Assembly (NCBI GenBank): GCA_965213685.1
Contig: CBDBZY010000051.1
Location: forward strand, 192,001-256,000
Length of the DNA stretch: 64,000 nt
DNA from: a bacterium
Lineage (GTDB): Bacteria > UBA8248
Reading direction: 5' to 3'
A program made the translations under genes and the position numbers. The notes below the pieces were generated by a model. That model made no database searches. It was not told the origin of the DNA and saw nothing but the letters and a program-made list of their open reading frames with translations. Positions within the stretch are counted from its first letter, which is position 1; each line of letters begins with the position of its first letter. Positions 30,646 to 57,369 of this stretch are shown one piece after another.

Positions 30646-32826
30646 ATGATCACACCGTTCATGTGCGCCGGCTGCGAGAAGCCGATCATGGAACGCTTTT
30701 TGATGAAGGTGCTGGACAAGTCGTGGCATGTGCAGTGCGTTAAGTGCTCCGAGTGTCAGTGCGCACTGAACGAGAAGTGCTTCTCGAGGGAGAGCAAGCT
30801 CTACTGCAGGAACGACTTCTTCAAGTAACGAAATGAGCGTGGGCATGAGATGTTGGTGGGCTTTAATTTGGGTAGGAAGGCTCCTGTAGTGACATAATAT
30901 AGAGGGAGGGTTGAAATCTACTTAGGAAGTGACGTGTGTGTGTGTGTCTTTCCACCAGACTGTATGGCACCAAGTGTGCTGGGTGCAACACAGGTCTGTG
31001 TCCAGAGGACATGGTGAGGCGGGCCGTGGACAAGGTCTACCACTTGGCCTGCTTCGTGTGCTCACTGTGCCGGAAGGAACTGCAGACCGGAGAGCAGCTG
31101 TTCCTTGTACAGGTGCGAGGGATGGACAGGTGTCCAGTTGGAGGGCAAGACCTGCATGTACATGCTTTGTTTGCTTACTGTGGCACATGAGGTTGGACTG
31201 CATCTCTTGACTGACCTCCTCGCAGGGCGAGCGGTTCCTGTGTGAGAAGTGCTACCAAGTGTCAGTACAGTCCTCAGTGGCAGCCAATGCAGCAGCAGCT
31301 TCTTCCATCACCATGCCAACAGCCACCACCAACATGCCAAAATCTGAAGCTCTGAAGTTCAGTAAGTCCACACTGGTAGGTTTCAACTCTTGTATGAACT
31401 GAGCTGTTTTCTGCTCCCCAGCTTCTCCCCTGCCGCTAGGCGTGGAGTCTCCTCAGGCACACCTTCCCACCACACCCTCCACCCCTCACTCCCTCCCAAC
31501 TCCCACAGGTAGCTCTGGAAGTGGAGATGGGAAGAGGTCAAAGGGCAGAACCACAATTAGCCCGCAGCAGCTGGAAGTGCTGGTGGAGGTGAGGAGGGTG
31601 GGAAGGGAGAGTGCTGGGTATGAGGCTACATGACAGCATGAGTTGGGTGGGTGTGTGGTGGAGGTGAGGAGGGTGGGGAGGGAGAGTGCTGGGTGGCGTG
31701 ACAGCATCAGTTGGGTGGGTGTGTGGTGGAGGTGAGGAGGGTGGGGAGGGAGAGTGCTGGGTGGCGTGACAGCATCAGTTGGGTGGGTGTGTGGTGGAGG
31801 TGAGAAGGGTGGGGAGGGAGAGTGCTGGGTGGCGTGACAGCATCAGTTGGGTGGGTGTGTGGTGGAGGTGAGGAGGGTGGGAAGGGAGAGTGCTGGGTGG
31901 CATGACAGCATGAGTTGGGTGGGTGTCACCCTGTGTGGCTCTGAAAACCAACATATGTGTGGGAGACTTATGACGAATCAAAACTTGTGTGTAATGTGAC
32001 ATAACCCCCATTAGCAAGTGATGGGTGGTGGAATGGACTTGCCACCCACCATAGCTAAGAATGTGCAAATCATGACTGCTCTATCAGCGCTGTTGATTGG
32101 TGTGTTGCCCTCCCACTCCTGTGTTATTTTTGAGTCACTTCCTCCCTCTCCTCTGAATCCTCCCTCTCCTCCTCCTCTCCCTCTCCCATCCCTATTGTTA
32201 TTGGGTCACTTCCTAAGCTCCCTCTCTCGCTCTCTCACCAGTGTTGTTAGGACACTTCCTAAGCTTCCATCCCCCCCTCCCTCTCTCCACTTCTATACTT
32301 CTGTGTGTTTAATCACTTCCGAATCTTCCTCTCCCTGTCTCCCTCTCTCACTCCTGTGTTATTACAGAGCCACTCCCTAATTCTCCTCATTCCCCCCCCC
32401 CCCCTCTCTCTCTCTCCCTCCCTCCCTTTCTCTTCCTCCCTCCCCACTCCCGCAGGCCTACAGTCGAGAACAAAAGCCCTCTAAGCAGATGCGGGAGGAG
32501 CTAATGTCAAAGACTGGACTGGACATGAGAGTGATTCAAGTGTGGTTCCAGAACCGCCGCTCCAAGGAGAAGAGAGATGCCATGGCCATGCGTGATGACA
32601 CTTCAGCCATTCACACAGCCAGCTCAGCCTCCGTCATGTCTCCCATGGTGAGCAGCTCACCCGTATCCATGGCCATCATCACCTCCTCTGATAACCCCCT
32701 CTCCTCGACACTATCAGGTATGGTAGCACTGTTTTTACCCCTACTTGTGGCATGAATTTCTCCCTCCCTCTCCCCCCTCCCCCTCCTCTCTCTGCAGACC
32801 CTAGCTCTTCTCTGGCTACTCAGTGA
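30646..32826 (+). CDS. LIM-homeobox transcription factor, Lhx1/5 (Lin-11) class most likely
   Basis: Two LIM domains ([36 protein letters not shown]; CAGC..DMVRRA..YHLACF..C..L.TGE) and homeodomain [12 protein letters not shown]|AY...[21 protein letters not shown]. Confidence 0.9.
31583..31925 (+). repeat. 68-bp minisatellite x5 overlapping the 5' splice site of the homeobox intron
   Basis: Copies start at 31583, 31658, 31726, 31794 and 31862 (gtggaggtgaggagggtggg..gagtgctggg..tgacagcat.agttgggtgggtgtgtg). Confidence 0.9.
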
Positions 32827-33197
32827 CCTACACACATTAAGGGCCTAGCCTCCTGTGTGTTGACTCACAACTATCACCTACTATAGCTTCTATTCACGCA
32901 CCATTTCCATTAACATTCTTTCACGAGTGATTGTATAATTGGCAAGAAATACATACGCGCGTGCGCGGCCTACATGACGCATGCTATTATAGTGTGTGTA
33001 CGTACGTAGGTGTATATATGCGCACGTGATTGAAGTCTTCCCATTCTCGTATACGCGTATACGTGTACCCGCCGCGAGCGCAAGACGGTGGTGACAGCGG
33101 ACGACTCCAGAGAAGACAAACGGTACAATTTGCTATATACCATCCCGGTACGTGTTCAGTTCGCATTGTATTGGATATCTCTCACATTTCCACAGCC

Positions 33198-34056
33198 ATG
33201 AAACACCTGCTGCTACTGCTGACGGCCGCCTTGCTAGCCGTTGGACGGTGCGCGTCTGACACGGTGGGTGACAAATGACGGGAGTAGCCGTCGACTGCAT
33301 GCCCATCATAGCGCCGCTTTACAGTGCATCAACACCAATATAGATACGTAGCCCCGAGAGGTTAGGTATCTAAGACATCATGTATTTACGGATATGTCCA
33401 CCGGTGATTCCTTGCAGTTCGCGTGTACCAACTGCACTACGGAGTACACTCAAGTGATATACCGCCTGCATTTCCCCCATATCAACTGCTACGGGGGCGA
33501 AGGGAGCAGCATTGCACGCCCAGATCCCATCAATGTCAGCCTGCCTGTCCAAGAAAACAATACATACACACTTCAGATGGTTATGGAGGCAGCTACCGAC
33601 CAGGACGAATCCTACCAGTTCAGTGCACAGTACCAGGGTGAGGTGACCGGGTACCTGCTGGAAGCAGTGAATGGAACTGAGGAGAATGGTGACTGTGTGT
33701 GGATCCTCTACTACCAGGCACCGGGGGAAGCAGAGCCAACCCGCCGTGATGAATTTCAGAGTGCTGTGTCCTTTTTTGAGGTCGAATCAGAGAGCACCAT
33801 TGTGCTGTGTTTCCAGAGCACAGTCCCTCCTGAGCCACCGACAACTTCATCCCCCCCCAGCCCATCTCCCAGCCCATCACCCAGTGCTGCTCCACCCGAA
33901 CTGCCCAGCTCCCAGCCTGCCCCAGTGACCTCCCCAACCCCCCCACCTTCCACTGATGCACCAACCATGGGACCGGGGAGTGGCTCTTCACCCTCTAGAC
34001 CAGCTGTTTTTGTTTTCTTGTTTACCATACTTCTCTGTTTGTGTATAATTTTTTAA
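33198..34056 (+). CDS. Secreted, C-terminally anchored protein with one transcobalamin beta-domain-like (DUF4430) module; paralogue 1
   Basis: Exon 1 33198-33263 signal peptide MKHLLLLLTAALLAVGRCASDT; exon 2 33418-34056 TLQMVMEAA..YQFSAQY..GYLLEAVNG..CVWILYY..VSFFEV..STIVLCF; P/S/T stalk; hydrophobic C-terminus with no cytoplasmic tail. Confidence 0.75.
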
Positions 34057-34421
34057 GTAGATGGATCATAATAATAATAATTGTAAGATATTGTGTTTTG
34101 GTCTTGTCTATTACATTTGGAAGTCAAATTCTCTTGGGATAAGGTGTTAATGGAAGAGCATACCTCTGAAATGCCTGCACCCACCCTGTTCACTCCCACG
34201 TTCTTGGAATGCCGTATATACATACTGTTAGGAGGTGTGCTATTGCACTATTGTATCAGTGAAAGGCGCAGTTGAGTTGCCAGCAGCAGTGCAAGGTACG
34301 AAGAGCGAAGGCCCTGGCTGGAGCATACGTACATTTTATTTGCATTATAATATGCGAGCATTAAACCTTTTTATTTTCTCTCCCCGGACTTTTATCAGTG
34401 CGTGGTATAGGGCGGCTGAAG

Positions 34422-36091
34422 ATGACACCTCCGTTCCACCTTCTTACGCTAGTGCTTCTCACAGGACTCGCTGTCGCAGGCGTGAGTTATGCACGCACCG
34501 TAATAGTATGTACAGGTCCAGCTAACACAACTACCTACATCTAGGGGGTATAGGCATGGACTCACTTGGCAATACATTGATTGAGGCAAAGAACATAAAA
34601 TGTAGTAAACTACATGGATATTAGCCTCGCGAGACGTATGCTGCAAGGACATGAGCTCACTGTGCAATACGTTGATCGAGAAAAATGTTTCTACATGAGT
34701 ATGACATCGTCACGGCTCTGGTGCTGTAAACGTAAGCGCTTGTGTATTACTACAAGCCACTCCCTTTACATTTTGCGCACTTGGTTCATTGCACAAGAAT
34801 GCGCGGAGGAGTTAGGGCGGATAGCTGAAGTGTGCACATGTTTGTCGCGTGGAATACGCTGGGTGGCAGCACCTGTTCAAACTGCTCTGGGTGGGTAGGG
34901 GGCACTAAACAAACAATGGGATGAACACAGTTCATAACATGTACGGAGGCACTGCATGTCGTGATGATGTATCTATATTTTTCTCCCTCTTCCCAGAATG
35001 CTACAAATGACACAACCGAATGCCCGACAGATCCTCCTCCAACTGATCCTCCTACATACTATGGCCCGTACAATGTGATGTATGACATAGAGTATCCAGA
35101 CCAGGACTGCTTTGGATTGATCAATCGCACTATGTCAGTTAACAACGAGACAACCTGGATGCTGGTATACGACGTGCCTAACCCATTTACAACGACAGTT
35201 GAGTTGCAGGCGGATATCACTCATGGTGTGACATATGTTGTACAGGATGTGCTGGAGACAGCAGTAGATGAGAACTCTGATGTGTTCTTCAGTGTCACGT
35301 ACACTGGCTCAGTCACTGGCTACTTTGTCAGAGCCATAAAAGGCCTGAGGAGCAACAATAACTGCAAGTGGTTCCTGTACTACAAAGCACCCAACGTACC
35401 TTACCCCTTCCTGAGAAGCACTGGAGTGTCACTGTTTACAGCCGAGCCCAACTCTACAGTTGTGATGCGCTACCAGTACCCACCAGTCCACCATGTGTTC
35501 TATGAGCTCTACTTCCCTCACGTGAACTGCACTGACCCTGACCTCCCCAGGCCTGCTCCACTCAACATCAGCCTCTACTTTGGTGCACCCAACTACACAT
35601 ACACAGTTCAGAAGGTGATGGAGTTGGCTGTCGACATGGACCGCTCGTATGAGTTTACTGTAACATACTATGGGAAGTCACGAGGGTACGAGATTGACGC
35701 AATAAATGGTACAGACAACCATGAGAAGTGTGTCTGGCACTTCTTCTACCTTCCTGCTCGGATTCCAAGAGAACAAGCTACCATGCAGAGCAACATCTCC
35801 TACTTCAATGTGGAGGCCAACTCAACCATAATAATGAGCTTCCAGGAGCGGCCCACCATTGAGCCTCCTACGGAACCTCCAACTGACCCACCAGAACCTT
35901 CACCCACACCTGAACCCACTGGTGCACCGGTGCCCCCAATGGAGACTCCCACCGCTACGCCGACGCCCGATACCCCCGGCACCACGTTACCTCCTATGCC
36001 ATCGAGATCAGGAGCACCGAAACTCGCAGTGGGAATTCTCGCGCATGTGCTTTCTCTTGCAATATGTCTTGCCTATATGTATGTATTGTAG
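34422..36091 (+). CDS. Secreted, C-terminally anchored protein with two tandem transcobalamin beta-domain-like modules; paralogue 2
   Basis: Signal exon 34422-34481 MTPPFHLLTLVLLTGLAVAG|gtgagt; exon 34997-36091 with two modules (VQDVLETA..GYFVRAIKG..CKWFLYY..NSTVVMRY; VQKVMELA..GYEIDAING..CVWHFFY..NSTIIMSF), P/T stalk, hydrophobic tail. Confidence 0.75.
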
Positions 36092-36356
36092 AACGTAGCG
36101 AACGACTGAAATTCATGCATACCATATTATAGATGATGTAATGTTTTGCACAATTACTTTTTGCTGAAAAAGCCAGGGTTGGACACCATTGTATTCTCAA
36201 TACGAATCGCGAGAGTATAGAGGTGAGTTACTACTGTTATTTTAGCAAGAGAAGCGCAATTGCTACGGCGGTCGATTCGGCAATACACCCACACAGGGAT
36301 AGCCCTTTGGAAGCCATTCAGCTGCACTGCGAGCGCCCGTTGACATTCGTGCTGAT

Positions 36357-37107
36357 ATGTACCTCAGATCACTTCTCTTCTCGCTGTTGGTGGCGCTCTT
36401 CGCCATTTCTCACGGAGAGGTAAACAGTGCAACTCATCCTCTTCTTTCCTACCCCACCCATCTCTCCCTCCCACCTGGCTCACCCACAGTAGACTACTTC
36501 TTACTTATTTCACACAGCCTTTCTGCCTAAAGAATATCCCTTTCCCCTTCCTCTCCTCTCCCCCTCCTCCCTCCTCCTCCTTCCTCCCTCATCTCTCCTC
36601 TCCTGCCAGGCGGAGCCCCAGGTCAACTACAAACTAGAGTTCTATGTGAACTGCTCTGCTCTCAACGGAACAGTGGAAGAGCTGGGCCCTGTCACTGTTG
36701 AGCTGGAGGACACTCCCTCCACAGTGCAGGATGTCATGGAGCTGGCAGCAGACGATAGCGCTGAGTACCATTTCACCGCCACCTACTACAACCGAAGCAC
36801 TGGCTATGTGATCAATGCTGTCAGTGGGGTGTGGGAGGCTGAGGACTGTCAGTGGTACCTCTGCTACCAGGCCCCTGACGAGCATGCTCCACAGTTCCAG
36901 AGAGGTGCTCGCATCTCAAAATTCATGGTTAAAGCCAACTCTACTGTTGTGCTGAAGTACCAGCCCCCTCCCGCCATCCCACCCTCCCCCACCCCCTCCC
37001 CCACCCCCATGGCAACTGATGATGATGACTCAGCCCCGCCCATTGTTGCAGCCAATCTCCTGGCAGTTCTCCTCTGCCTCTTCATCGGAATGGCCGTACC
37101 ACTCTGA
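36357..37107 (+). CDS. Secreted, C-terminally anchored protein with one transcobalamin beta-domain-like module; paralogue 3
   Basis: Signal exon 36357-36419 MYLRSLLFSLLVALFAISHGE|gtaaac; exon 36610-37107 TVQDVMELA..YHFTATYY..GYVINAVSG..CQWYLCY..NSTVVLKY, Pro stalk, hydrophobic tail. Confidence 0.75.
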
Positions 37108-37321
37108 ACACGGCAGTGGCAGCAGCTCTCTATGACGCTGATACTAATTATAGAATTCCATGTAAAATTAGCTGACGCGAAGATGTACGTGTATTAATTT
37201 TAGGATTTTATACTCCACCTGTTATGTGGGCGGGGCCCTCGTAGTGGCCATGTGCGCGTACTGTGTTCGTGGTGCGCCAGTGACTACCTTTATGCCACAC
37301 CCGGCGTAGCGGTAGGTTGAG

Positions 37322-40496
<3,175 letters not shown>

Positions 40497-40748
40497 CTAC
40501 CTGCAACCAACCGCCCAACCATGTCACAGCTCTGTTCACCATTGTATGCGTTTGCCATGACAATCACCATTAATTCTGTGGCTTATTGTGATACATGTAC
40601 ATATGACAATAATTTATTGGTATAATTGCACCTTATGCAGGCCTTCCCCAAACAAGCTGCATGCCAGTCACGTGGGCTGTTGTCACTGTGCATACAAAAT
40701 GCGATGATGTGATGATGGTATAGGACATGCACAAGGAGATCACAGCAG

Positions 40749-42038
40749 CTAGCACTGGGTGCCCTGGGGGTCCACAGTGATGCGTGTGAAGTATGCATTG
40801 CTGGGGAGAACCTGCTGCACGTCATAGCCCTCCTCCACCTCACTCTCCTCCGTGAGGCCGAGCTTGATCACCCCTGAGATGCTGTGCAGGTACACAGGCA
40901 TGGGCTCTTCCTTCCCCCCCACCGTTTCCAGGCCTGTCTCCTTGTCACCTTCCTGGCTCTTCTTGCTCTTCTTCCTAATGTCAGCATACTTGAGGGGGCA
41001 CTTGGTGGATTGCAGTATGGTGCTGTAGCGGCAGCCCCTGCTCTGGCATGGAGTCAGCCTACTCCCAGAGTCAGGAGAGCTAGAGATAAAGAAGGTGTTC
41101 CAGTCAAGGATGAGAGCGTATCGGTACACCCCGAGATAGCGGTATATGCAGTCATTGTACCCCAGGACCTTAGAGAAGTCTCGTATATCCGTCTCGTTAA
41201 GCCACTGAGTCCAAATGTTTACACTGAGATATTTGTCCATGGATGCCTCATATATGAAGGGATTCACAAACCCTCCTCTGTTGAGGAAGGAGTTCTCAGA
41301 TATCATGTGGACGTGTTCCACACCAATCATCTTGAGGTGATGGACCCACTCATAAAACAAGTGGTCCTGGGAGGGAGGAGGGTTGCTTCTCGATAGAGTG
41401 GCAAGGCAGGCCACGATGGATACTGTATCGTTCCTGGCTGGCTGCGAGGGAGGGTTAAACCTCTTTTCAGACTCAGCTGTGTAGATGATTTTATCGTCTG
41501 GGGAGGTCTTGAAGTAGAGGAAGGCTCTCTGGCTGCAGCTGTCGACGGGGAGGTCGTAACAGTCCACCAGCGCGGGGGAGTGGGTTAGCGCCCCTTCACG
41601 GAGGACCCTCACAGCCAGCGAGGAGGTGATGTGGGTGCCCACCTGGCACTCCACCAACAGGTTGTCCTTCACCAGCTCATTCGCCACCTCCACCAGAAAC
41701 ACAGAGGCGTTGCTGTGCCCGTTCCGAGGGCGGGGATCGAAGTGCACGGCGCGGACAATCAACAGCTTGGTGGCCACGGCGTACTCGGTGTGCCAGTTGT
41801 AGTTGGAGCCGTGCTGGGGAAGAACGTAGCCTCCCGCGACGAGCTCGCGTGTTAGGCTGGACGGCTGGCTGCTACGGTAAATGGCAGGGACTCCCATAGG
41901 CAGGGCGCTCATGGACACGCTCCCTCTCGAAAAGGCAAAGTACATCAGTAGAAAGACTAGGGTGATGAGAGGCGGCGCCACCCACACGCACCAACTCCTC
42001 TTCGTTCTCTGCTCCGTGCCTTCGTGAGACTCGCCCAT
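40749..42038 (-). CDS. Type II membrane glycosyltransferase, GT92/DUF23-like; intronless
   Basis: N-terminal TM; VRAVHFDPR; SIVAC; EWVHHLKMIGVEHVHM; YNDCIYRY...YALILDWNTFF (GT92-type NDC and DxD region). Confidence 0.7.
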   Translation of the reverse strand: MGESHEGTEQRTKRSWCVWVAPPLITLVFLLMYFAFSRGSVSMSALPMGVPAIYRSSQPSSLTRELVAGGYVLPQHGSNYNWHTEYAVATKLLIVRAVHFDPRPRNGHSNASVFLVEVANELVKDNLLVECQVGTHITSSLAVRVLREGALTHSPALVDCYDLPVDSCSQRAFLYFKTSPDDKIIYTAESEKRFNPPSQPARNDTVSIVACLATLSRSNPPPSQDHLFYEWVHHLKMIGVEHVHMISENSFLNRGGFVNPFIYEASMDKYLSVNIWTQWLNETDIRDFSKVLGYNDCIYRYLGVYRYALILDWNTFFISSSPDSGSRLTPCQSRGCRYSTILQSTKCPLKYADIRKKSKKSQEGDKETGLETVGGKEEPMPVYLHSISGVIKLGLTEESEVEEGYDVQQVLPSNAYFTRITVDPQGTQC

Positions 42039-42194
42039 CGCTCTGCACTCTCAAAACGTGCGCGGTTACACCTAGTACCTGTCCACGCTCTGCGCTACTA
42101 TACTACATGCGCACGCATCACACTAGCACTCCTAATGAATACTTTTCCGCCATTCACGTGCACAATTATCAATAGCCATACACAGTACAGCAAT

Positions 42195-45580
<3,386 letters not shown>

Positions 45581-45997
45581 GCCCTTCAGCTCTGGTCTGC
45601 AGCCAGCCAACGTACATGTGTTGTGTTAACCCTTTATGCACCGTTATTCGTATTGGCGCGCGCCACATGACTATAAATTATGTCTACACCGTCGCAACAA
45701 CCCTATTACCATAGATATTTACCCTACGGCACCGTGAGGTAGTAAATATCTATGCTATTACAACTGTACACGTACATAGCTCACGTTCCCTCTCCATTCC
45801 TCTTCCGCTACAGAGCTAGAACACGGTACGTGTGCGTGTGGTGTGAGGCAGGATATAAAACAGCTCTGCAGTCTAGCAGTTATAACTGTAAAAACAGGGC
45901 ACTCTTACAGAAAGCAACAGATGATACACGTCATACAGCTCATGCCCCGCCCCTTGGCAGGAAACGTGAGTGCTAGTATTGTGAGCGAGAGTTAGAT

Positions 45998-52949
<6,952 letters not shown>

Positions 52950-53131
52950 CTCCGCGCCACCGCTGCGTTCTTCCCTCCTGGCCCCCCTGCAGTCCGCACA
53001 GAGAAATCGGCTTCCAGAGCTTGTCGGATGGGGTCTAGGCCCAAATTAGAGAATTAATTGGAGGGGCTCACCCCCGCGCCCGCCGCTTAATCGTGGCTTA
53101 TACTAATAATCTTGCACTGTTAATCAATGAA

Positions 53132-56264
<3,133 letters not shown>

Positions 56265-56274
56265 CTTGTTTGTT

Positions 56275-56288
56275 GTTACCAGAGCAAC
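56275..56288. promoter_or_regulatory. RFX X-box upstream of the LRRC74-like gene
   Basis: GTTACCAGAGCAAC fits GTNRCC-N(0-3)-RGYAAC and lies 10 bp upstream of the minus-strand ATG. Confidence 0.6.
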
Positions 56289-56939
56289 AAGGAAAGCACG
56301 TGACTGAATTGATGCGCGCACGCGCGCAGGTCCATATCAACAGCTGTCCCGGCCAGCACCTTTACTAGGGACAGGAAAGGAACCATCGACTTTTGAGCCT
56401 TAACTGCAAGCTCTAAGCTGCCCTAAAACGCGGTTCCACAGTGCTTTATGCCCATATTCACTACAAGTCAGCTCTGAAACAATCGACCTATATACCTACT
56501 GATTCAAACCTGCCCATGATTGGAGTGTAACCACAGTCCTGGTCATTCCAGGAGTGAAGGATACAAAGTCAGGCCACCGGCTCTATCCAAATAATAAAAA
56601 GAGCAGGAATAGAGAATGTTCTACTTATAGCAATTTTAGAAAGGCAGAAAAAAAGAAGTAAATCATTAGAAACCAAGGAAAAAAGAGGAAAATGCGGTGG
56701 CTATCGTGGGTTGTGCCCGTACCTGCTAACTCTTTGTTGTGTTTTTTTGTATGCATGTGTTTGTTTGCTTGTTTTTCTTTTTTTTGGGGGGGGAGGGGGG
56801 GGTTGTTTGTTGTGTATTGTTGTGTATTGCATTGTATTATGCTGTGTTGTATGGGACATCAATTTTTGTATTGTTTTGTTTGTAATATTTGCTTTTAAAA
56901 ATTTTGTATTTCTGCAACCCAGTTTATGTAAATTCTTGC

Positions 56940-57140
56940 ACCCATGAAAAAATAGAGAGAAAAAGGAGAAAAGAGAGAAAAAAAGGAAAGAAAAAGAGAA
57001 AAGAAAAAACAAAATGGAAAAAGAAGAAGAAAAACAAAGAAAAAGAAAAACAAAACAAATGAAAAAGAAAAAGAAAAACAAACAAATGAAAAAAGAAAAA
57101 GGAAGAAAAACAATGAAAAAAAAAGGAAAAGAAAACAAAA
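56940..57140. repeat. A-rich low-complexity intergenic tract
   Basis: About 200 bp of nearly pure A with G/C interruptions, preceded by a T-rich segment at 56730-56910. Confidence 0.85.
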
Positions 57141-57369
57141 GGGACGGCCTACGAGGTGAGTTGCGCTAGCCTAGGCACAATTTTCGATTATAAAGCCGAA
57201 CATTATTTGCCGCGTAGCCGCTTCGTGGGTGGAGCCTGGTATGGCCAGTCTGATTCCCAGACCGTCCGTTTAAGCGCATGCGCCTATTAGGACAGCTGTT
57301 TGCGCGCGGTTCTTTCTGTCCCTAGCCGCTGTGTGGTAGTGTAGCGAGGCAACAAGTTTACTGTTAGGG

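Noticed and set aside
31583-31925. Regularly spaced repeats resembling a CRISPR array (also 50122-50345, 38900-39135)
   Set aside because: Units are contiguous with no unique spacers, lie in eukaryotic introns, and no cas genes are present.
56692-57138. Phe-rich hydrophobic ORFs that look like membrane proteins
   Set aside because: Artefact of the A/T-rich low-complexity tract.
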